NCBI GenBank assembly: GCA_026936335.1
Contig: JAPMXV010000045.1
Location: 186,001-250,000 of the forward strand
Source of the DNA: Mantamonas sphyraenae STR306
Lineage: Eukaryota > Protista > CRuMs
Reading direction: 5' to 3'
DNA length: 64,000 bases
Notes under the pieces: generated by a model
The model's input: the letters and a program-made list of their open reading frames with translations, nothing else
The model's database searches: none
What the model was told of the DNA's origin: nothing
Made by a program: the position numbers and the translations under genes
Shown: positions 60,001 to 64,000 of the stretch, piece by piece
Layout: every line of letters starts with the position of its first letter
How positions within the stretch are numbered: the first letter of the stretch is position 1

Positions 60001-60220
60001 GGATGACATGGACACAGATCCATCCGTCAAGCGCCAGTCCACTTTCCTTGGCCTCCGCCGTGGTTCCATCTTTAGCTCCCGCAGCCGCGCAGGCAGCACC
60101 TCTTCCCGCTTCAGCCGCATGTTCCGCGGCGACAGTGTCGCCAAGGACCTGGAGACCATCGCGGAGACCGAGGCCGAATCACAAGCCAAGAAGAACGCCG
60201 CAGCCAATGCAAGCGCGTGA
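48077..60220 (+). CDS. Giant cell-surface protein: LamG x2, filamin/Ig, IPT/TIG x2, discoidin-like, ~17-18 Ig-like repeats, Cys-rich region, ~9-TM C-terminal domain; 5' end unresolved
   Basis: 12.1-kb open frame. LamG (YIGAIDEFRIWNKALS), IPT (GLVSGGTRVTVYGNNF, GATYGGVTVTLTGTGF), repeated ~120-aa beta units with DAxG, Cys-rich CPVRQYQ...CAAGYTGPLCAVC, then hydrophobic helices with KYRFLYDGY...FYWE...RK and RPF...NLETLSL. Probable acceptor at 48083; upstream exon not identified. Confidence 0.88.
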   Translation: MTAQTYETRDYLFSYTMWLKVEDADSRGVIFDRYYWSQLNSEPYKPENPNNLNAANMQTRIRMTATMAEGTATVTWRLQAAVDQITCTVPTFGSTQWHHYVFQRHRATGLRIIRDGVVVCDARHLIEQVTANPDGLNYLFYFGLNFRAGRTGDVIAIGAPYADSAPNGVDPGVAATSKWAARALLDDFTYWNIPLTVKQVNQFFFLQGQASTPPAWHPNLIAYFPMDSFVGASKITTDQKGGPSIQQKEANNFGTAFGVTADVEAAGRSMLDTNALGLSGLTTGNNHLQLAQAQNLGCQLPSNLTFPFTLELMMKPTLASGDQLAATVQLAPNLANPTAYQTWNTTVMHNNPLNTRLFTYKGDNLEVHVTLNQTRVVYTSLVPPLPAEYFDSGPMGENILDLQVYVLNKHTGANYVVSSYRENIGLTGVWKMVSIVAGANLDAGAQVYIDGDIIESQLAVNVTGWGLPTGFPSGYSTVFGSYQLTRTDNHYIGAIDEFRIWNKALSLTELHSTMNVKIAGVSPSLFAHLNMDNLASGTYLFDTDSSANYTCQLGVGGFGKPSLVTTNSLSSPLFGSRTPNNLVASVSSLNAPCGPSYFTVTFSSTQLTDGSVRIAFAPRGQCPLNAVRTGEATYLGNTTMLVNIAGSIFDAQLCMSIDGASTWQNMEPFRLSIPGLSAANSTTSRTLPSSIVAGTTLREYVFVHDLSGNLSPGCGNSENVTCTISNALDYQHVVIGTRVNLTTYECAFVPTRSGAQKVRAFLNTGLVGNIVTDVTVLPAPLHLPSCTISGLRDYAKHNQVLLDIVARDRFGNLRPKGDDAAEMVAHVGALITGPYAFNASVVFPGGSSDYGVSMNFSMAGAFQLRVVNISDPTVQLQNGAVYNVTVLGAANMTHIAPPLGLVSGGTRVTVYGNNFVNNPSALTLAFTLESRRCSSVEYLSRTAFVCVTPAMGSAGSFSVSVTNNGFINVAAGNGTVTFTSYNTEGLTTFTPVSGATYGGVTVTLTGTGFLGVPEAKCRFGTRLATTTTVVSSTRVLCVSPEQDVGLYNIQFANNGQQYATATDRQYTVVEPFSQQCRTSGELEAGVQERLRLNLPYLPNLAVLQPQNGTGTTTGTTTANNVTQLFDADRCCLKTATNEGFKCGVQFNATAGDVVAQINLPAKAWVNEIVTAWYDPCTNQPVEYFLEQETNGTWSNVVTRITKFTNSASNVTAATCSAIPSDSGSVSLCFDWLATEVYSDKFRVRFNSSQLTDSAGWLFEFEVHGILETKSFGLATDVVQQNSSLVSDDRVAVPPVDVLGTNYKNLSIYNDAVDISSIAVRVYTSAGVDVTATNLTGISSTSERSSGQFRFNTLRLLYPLADTYTFVYTSNNNLTTSFAFNVTSGVATRLVCTPMLLNISSDHTVALSTLNVTVSDAAGNLLLGALTVNNATVNRTISLNTTHLLQASNWGSGVVAGTFNKTTELGFAEFTDLVLTRPKSDGITRVLRFETSGLTPIDVPVYVGVGEPRSLHASIQGTTYNSEVALLLNPVLVELRDASGSLVVKPGFRVNATASAGYTLSGNDSSVAQGNDVFVHFDGNLVLVKPKVGLVTITFTAAGATSSNVTVSISTGVVAQLVVSMAQRTYASVDIVQLDTAVVTVLDPSDNVIPNIASDVVVNSTTVVMNNVHATVVGGNATLSQLTVLAPTAAEHVLTFHLFHLRTNVSINVTVGPPRTFFVVHPSNFQLTANTAQTTLLANITLRMRDAGRNLLSVGASNTTVQTGNVTLLQGSTVRSDLLRTLGSTVNSTSGQILFDQLALIRPPVGTYTLRVSVLGLQPEGQTTIELTMQSGTPAALNASAASPAVFQAALKVVFAVDVQLVDILGSLVIPSLYTTTQLEFNSSTPTGLGLQSGQRITVNSTSRVARFDNITVVRPLSGTYEVLFRAPFQPALTPVKVTVRVVEGVPYDMEIISAAQAPVRTQASSPLADIQVRIRDPSAQPVVLTNVTVHVYLRALNIASGSSSMATLTGPSMAVSANGVATFSGLALQQPPNGTYALDFVSTGLFNVTQTVTVLRGDAVRFETQFGSTVPSVNSSTVTTLPTFTLVGFDAANLRTDAAQLANVDVQVQLLNSTGTQLSGVTTRTFDGAADSLSFPSLTFASPQVGRYVLRFNSSNQLTISASIDVQIGQPVRLVLAQPQALANLQYPSEVSVLVRSVGVELRDAGGAFTGALDGAARTVAANVSALHANVLSGTTQVQMINSNATLDNLRLLRPVAGTVYTFSLSSAGLLGVSFNVTIVSGPAHSMVFVSNSSALAYASKATQQLASWTLHARDAGGSFTTVTADTAPVSLSVLNGTETMIAGLRTRNFANGEVVFSMLQLIRPTAGTYSLSFACSGLANVTVALVVSVGPAVRVQYLGGEIVRATVPTVILPPIELGLLDGGDNVVGAFDTLSPRSANLTSTNASSLDVLSGTRQRSMVQGNVSFADLTAASPLPGVYILRASVDGVQGVDVTLRITKGPAYSLEASWVAGMATVLPTVASVSVPPVAVITLDSSNTTLGASDTQTRTVYVRLAPPAQSNLLSGTTEYAMVNGAVTVNNVRLLAPTPGTYTLLIESNGLHNTSVHQSITIGPPVSMRLHSTANMTVASETSSPFGPVVLRLYDASNTLATTANGVRVVPSVAAPYSLQDVTAKLSVNGSVTMDTLALRSPTHGQLYVNFTCVDLTHIATVTTNVTVQQGSARTMVASTLRHSYESRVASALSEPVSIETRDASGAFTTLAACANVTVSLQGASVALNGTLTRPVCNGRVNFTDLVLTRPKASVGTYTLVFTSSSLSTTTLDITITVGPAHSMRVTTTRTVYPTTVDTRITTPITASLYDAGGSFVHTKDTGHTVRVSSSSPLLAGVVQANTTNGTVSFEGLTLGTAPRGLYQLDFSSTGLLGDSITLTVVVGQATRFEVTNTSLNATCDVDAVVPLFQIRVVDAAGVPLLLADAQQRQFVLAVVQSAGGVATVLDSGRLDYASAVTVNGAQGSNLVMQAGVLAVQTLRLQRPRVGLHVLQFRGLAGDLQPVRVTVLVNPGNPTRLAVADPTGARAVAYPGDKTQRTPLGAVSLTVVDAGGNVNAANRTTRTYSVAAVSQAGTAASAVVAKNTVSPVLEGTLQLTSATGTATFADLKTGSRVGTYTFRFSATQLIPVDLSVTVREGPPGKIGIQRNASAEYDNKLPMPVQPVLSVFDDAGNAYNGTIVVVVQIAVVDPVSGTTVNSLLDVASSDSTGVVRFTAFQFTGVYGSTYNLRYTATYAVQGGTTVLVDTIELPRAVRVRTCGEVFTNRVPNPDSGGTTCICAPGSALNTDTDTCVLCPVRQYQQKSGQVQCEACPDNSDTGLLTGAASPSQCECSTGFYERGVNAKGERNCTSCEAGANCIKGQGIVPQAGFYRGAGSNTFIECPNKAACTGGVNATCAAGYTGPLCAVCAEGYGRFGNFCAQCGDQGLNIFLTILFLVAALTILGFMVATSSGAKSDLSIVVKIMLNYLQVIAFIGDFQLTWPGPVTDMYQSSSLSLFNLQIHPVDCTFGGIGFFDIFLTYMLLPVVVLSVPILCLTIAFLAVRYYVREDPERRMKYWMRDSASGLVIDDDDDDEMMMAARTGMPRFLSKDSDSNDQPADDKPKKEKKDKDGEAEDEEDDDDEEDSGPRQRTRSQHVPKFERILRAGGVRLTTEQKLEKAEGKMKQWFKDIYAVMVLVTLCLAHPVISKVVFQMFNCITIPGEGTFLISDMRVSCDSDEYLFWRNSFGYIMMFGYSIGMLFVGFGILFRHRKNLNEPEVQNKYRFLYDGYAGKRFYWEVVIMTRKLIVVAIIVSLRTQPLTQLYAGSWMVLGALIIHLYARPFVNQKNTNLETLSLTVTVATLMNGMLYFSDELDDDTRNLLTVVVILLNVGTIVVFGAVLIQNFIAITKRQAAVLKMQELVRQQYLDYKKAQMEQERLRRLAAENGEDDMDTDPSVKRQSTFLGLRRGSIFSSRSRAGSTSSRFSRMFRGDSVAKDLETIAETEAESQAKKNAAANASA

Positions 60221-60272
60221 TCGTGCGTGACGTGCGTCCGTGTGTGAATGAAGGAAAACAAAAACAATCCAT

Positions 60273-61447
60273 TCACCTCCTCCAGAATCGTTTCCTGCCG
60301 CTCGCAGTGCGCTTCACCTTGTCCGAGTCTGAGCTGGGACTCTCAGTGCCCGAGCCTGCGCTATCGCTGCGCGGGATCTCGTCGGCGTTGACCAGGATGC
60401 CATCCTCGGTCTGCACGTAAATGTCGGCATCTTTCTTGGCCACAATCCCATCCCGGTCGACGTCCTCACTATAAAAGCCCATCTCCGAGTCCTTGGCCAA
60501 CCGCTGGATGCGCGTCAGCTTCCACGTCAGCAGCTGCTGTTCGCAGCTCTGCGGCGTCAATTCGTCACCGCCGTGCGCCGCCGCCACCTCCAACGGCGAG
60601 TCGCCCACAGCATTGCGCAGCTGTCCGTCTGCGCGCATGTACAGCAGCAGTTTGCATGCTTCTTCGTTGCTCGCCTTGGCGGCGTAGTGCAGTGCTGCGT
60701 TGCCCTCATTGTCTTGCACATCTGGCTTGGCCCTGTTTTGCAGCAGCATTTCCACCACATGGTTGCTCTTGTGCTCCACCGCTTCCATCAGTGCCGTGTG
60801 TCCCTGCTCATCCTGCGCGTTCAGGTCTGCTCGGTCGCCCAAACAACGCACAAACTCGGTTACGTCGTCTTCCTTTGCTGCTCGCCTCACACGCTCTGCC
60901 AAAGCGTCGCCGTCGTCCTTTTCCTCGTCGTTTGCCCCTGCGTACGCACGCTCCACGTACTTGGCTTTGATAAACCTCTCCTTGTCCTTGCGTCCGTCGC
61001 CCGGCACGGGCTTCACCACATTGGCTTTCTGCAGCCGGGCCTCGTAGATGCCATTGAACTCCGTGTTGCCGATCTTGAGCATGGTTTCCATCAGCAAAGG
61101 CGACCACCGGTCCAGTGTCGCGCTGCGCACCTTGGAAATGTGCACTCCCAGCGACCGGTGGATGCCCGAACATTCGATGCACAGCAAGATGCCCAGGTTG
61201 ATCGACGCCCAGTCAGGTGCAGGCGCTCCGCAATCGCAACACACGTCATTGCCGTCCACCTTTGCCAGCAGCTCCAGCGGCTCCGGGCCGTCGTCCTCCG
61301 ATGCGCTACCGCCGTTTCCATTTCCACCACCCGACGACGTCGCTGACGAAGACGAGGAGGACGTGCTGGCGCCTGCACCCATTCCTCTCTGGATCCCTGT
61401 ATCCCTGTGTCCTGTGCTGCTACCACCGTCCGAGAGGTCGCCCGATG

Positions 61448-61479
<32 letters not shown>

Positions 61480-62786
61480 CCTGCACTCAGAGTTTGGTCG
61501 TTGAGAGCGTGGGCGATGGAATTTTGGATGACTGCAATCCAGTCGCTCATGTCTTCCATCGATTCGGCCTGCAGCAGGTAGCGTTTGCCCACCGAGGTGA
61601 GTTCAAACGTGAACCAACGGTCGCTGTCGTACGCCTGTTTGACCGAGCTCAGCAGCAAATTGATCGTACCCTGTGGCGTCGTGTCTTCAGCGTTGCGATA
61701 GTAAAAGAGCTGTCCGGCTTCAATGACAAACCAGCGCCTCTTCCAGTCCCGCAGCATACTTGTGCTCTGCTTGAACAGATATCCTTCCTTGAAGCATCCC
61801 TGCTCCACTCCCACGTCCTCGGGCTTGACAGTGGGACTCGGAGCCAACAACTCGTTGGCGTGGTTGTTCAGATCCATCTCCATCATGTACTTGCGTGCCT
61901 GCTGCGACCGCTTCGCTTCCACGTCCAAATGGCCGCGTGCCTTGTGCAGCTGATCCGTCAGCTTGTTCAGTTGCGGCTCCAGTGCCGCCATACGTGCTTG
62001 GCCCTGCTCAAAGTATTTCATCTGGGCATACATACAGCCCACCAGACGCTCCAGCAGCTGCACCTTGGCGTGCGCGTCCACCGTCCGCAGATGTGCGTGG
62101 TAGTCGAAGCGACTCTCCATGGCCTCGCCACGTGTGCTTTGAATGTCTGCCATCAGCTCCAGCAATTTCTGACCTTCCAGTTTCGTCTTGTGATTGCTGT
62201 GAGAAAACTTATTCAGCGCTGACTCGTGCGCTTCTGTGTGGCTCTTGCTGGCCTCCTTCAGCACCTGTGTCTCCTTGGCGTCATTGGCCACAAACTCCTG
62301 CAAGGGGTTCGTAAACATGTCCATCATGTTGGACAGCAAGATGGAGCGTGTGGTCTCCAGGTCCTGCCAGATGCGCGCAAACTCCACGGCCGTCTTGTCC
62401 AGGCTTGCGGTGATGGACAGCGTCGAGTTGTCGTCGTGCATGGCGTACTGCGTCAGGGTGCTCGCAAACATGGAGCCCACCTGTGAAAACTCGTTGCCCT
62501 TTGCAATGTACGACTGCGAGAGTTCACTCAGCGACGCAAGGTACGCGTGTGCGTCCTTAATGTCGTCCTCGGCCTCTTTGACGGTTGCACGGAAGGCAGG
62601 CGAGTCCAACGCCACCTGTCGCAGCGCCGCACTCGTCTGCAAATCAATGTCCAGCTCTGTGTCGGCCTCGGTTGGCTGTTCGATCTCGGGCACATCCATC
62701 TCCTTGGGGAGCATCTCTGCCGTGTCGATCCCAATGGACTCCACCACGCTCTTGAACAGGTTGGATGTTTGAGACTCGATGGACAT
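60273..62786 (-). CDS. ACAP/centaurin-beta type ArfGAP (BAR-PH-ArfGAP-ankyrin)
   Basis: LDSPAFRA (BAR start), KEGYLFKQS...WKRRWF (PH), CCDCGAPAPDWASINLGILLCIECSGIHRSLGVHISKVRS (ArfGAP) and ankyrin repeats. First plausible ATG is 62786. Confidence 0.93.
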
Positions 62787-62940
62787 GATGGTGCACGTGA
62801 GCGTGGGTTCGGTCGCAGCGAGAACGCGTGGTGAGGGTTTGCTTGGTTCGGCAGGGAAGAGAGGGGAGCTGCAAGCGCGCTCCACTGCGGCCAACGATCC
62901 AGCCCCGAGTGTCCCCTTTTCCAAACTCACCACAGATACT

Positions 62941-63315
62941 ATGGACGTACTGGACACACAATTGGACGGCATGTTTTGCCCGGACTGCGGGACGCTGCTG
63001 AACTTCAAGCAGGCGGCGCAGGGAACCATCACGTGCGGATTCTGCAAGCTGGAGTTGTCCGGGAACCAAGTGGTCAACACGTCGTCTGTGTCACGCTCGA
63101 GCAGGATATACCACGACGAGGCCGAGGAGGAGGCCGAGGAGGCAGAGCGTGAGGCAGACAAGAAGGAGACGCGCGCAACAATCCGCGAGAAGTGTCCGAA
63201 ATGCGGCTACAAGAAGCTCTTCTTCTCCACAGCCCAGCTGCGCAGCGCCGACGAGGGTCAAACCATCTTTTACGAGTGTGCCAAGTGTGCTCACAAGTGG
63301 TCGCTCAATTCCTGA
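62941..63315 (+). CDS. RPA12: RNA polymerase I subunit RPA12
   Basis: FCPDCGTLL...CGFC zinc ribbon and TFIIS-like ATIREKCPKCG...TAQLRSADEGQTIFYECAKC. The DEG form, rather than DEP, fits RPA12. Confidence 0.92.
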   Translation: MDVLDTQLDGMFCPDCGTLLNFKQAAQGTITCGFCKLELSGNQVVNTSSVSRSSRIYHDEAEEEAEEAEREADKKETRATIREKCPKCGYKKLFFSTAQLRSADEGQTIFYECAKCAHKWSLNS

Positions 63316-64000
63316 GGCCGTCGCGACGGTGCGCCAGCACGGCAAGCACGTCTTGCGGATTCAGTCCGCGAGTCTCGAGCTCTGCTGTGTCACGCAATTC
63401 CCGCAGCGCTGCCGTATCCATACCAAACACAAGCAACAAACGATCGATGCGCTCCACCAACACTGACGATCCCTCTTGCCCTGCCGTCCCAAAGAAGTCC
63501 TGCAGCTCGGCCCAGTCCTTCTCCAGTGCCCCGACGTCCTCCTGTTCGATCCACCGTGTCTTGTGCTCGCCTCCACCCAGAGCTGCCGGCGAGTCTGTCA
63601 GCACCCGTTCGAACGCCATGATCATCTGTCTGTGCAGCAAGGCGGCTATACGTTCCACACCGCGATCTGTGCACGCCATCACCACACCGTCCCACACCAC
63701 GTTCAGATGTTCCAGAACCTCGCGCACACGCATCCCTTTGGATACTGAGGGTACGTAGAGACGCGTGAGCAGTGGTTTGCGCAGCACGTACCACACAATG
63801 TAGGAGCACAGGTTGTTTGACAACAGCTCCTCCCAGCCCACAATGGCTCGGTGACACGCCTCCACAACCTCCACATTGTCTGCGTGGCCTTTTGTAGCGT
63901 CGTGGCTGTCTTCCACCAGCTGTGCGAGCCCGTCCGCCATGAATTGCAGATTTGTCAGCCGTTGTCCCAACTCCTCCAAATCCACAGCCCCGAGCAGCGC
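63305..64000 (-). CDS. C-terminal part of a MUN/MHD2-domain protein (unc-13 homolog, DUF810/PATROL1-like); 5' part outside the window
   Basis: AFERVL...GG...R...EDVGALEKDWAELQDFF...G..G, FGMDTAAL and terminal VLAVLAHRRD resemble the MHD2 end of DUF810 proteins. Confidence 0.65.
   Translation of the reverse strand, partial: ALLGAVDLEELGQRLTNLQFMADGLAQLVEDSHDATKGHADNVEVVEACHRAIVGWEELLSNNLCSYIVWYVLRKPLLTRLYVPSVSKGMRVREVLEHLNVVWDGVVMACTDRGVERIAALLHRQMIMAFERVLTDSPAALGGGEHKTRWIEQEDVGALEKDWAELQDFFGTAGQEGSSVLVERIDRLLLVFGMDTAALRELRDTAELETRGLNPQDVLAVLAHRRDGLRN

Noticed and set aside
62787-63161. N-terminal extension of the ACAP ORF overlapping RPA12
   Set aside because: Non-ATG start, antisense to RPA12 and not domain-like; ATG 62786 is the plausible start.
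1-64000. Alternative genetic code or stop-codon readthrough
   Set aside because: Conserved proteins end at expected positions with TGA, TAA or TAG, and no in-frame stops interrupt conserved domains.

Overview
Eukaryotic nuclear DNA: GC-rich (roughly 60% by eye), standard genetic code (TGA, TAA and TAG all end genes), short GT-AG spliceosomal introns and extreme gene density. The gene content (EFHC1/Rib72, DZIP1, GCP3, complex I and III subunits, RasGEF, KCTD9) points to an aerobic, flagellated protist whose species I cannot determine. I find 25 protein-coding genes, two cut by the window edges. In order: three tandem type II membrane-protein paralogs, EFHC1, a small unknown gene, PSMB6, KCTD9, an LRR protein, an ankyrin protein, RRP4, GCP3, DCC1, a LamG protein, an acyltransferase, NDUFA1, DZIP1, a ~4450-aa Kelch/coiled-coil/RasGEF, QCR6, CUL4, TVP38, an Air1/2-like protein, a >4000-aa multi-Ig 9-TM surface protein, an ACAP-type ArfGAP, RPA12 and a MUN-domain protein. 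No tRNA, rRNA, CRISPR array or transposon was recognised. Best leads: (1) three unrelated binding proteins (LRR, ankyrin, LamG) share one C-terminal W[ST]xxxH...[LMV]PxE[VI]xxxI box, a candidate uncharacterised family of ubiquitin-ligase substrate adaptors; (2) a giant RasGEF whose rod contains 63-residue (9-heptad) repeats with histidines in core positions; (3) a polycystin-like giant receptor; (4) unusual genome grammar, with 33-94 bp bidirectional promoters, abutting 3' ends and a candidate AATGAA polyadenylation signal; (5) two +1 frameshifts in neighbouring conserved genes. All family assignments come from my recall of motifs, not from database searches.
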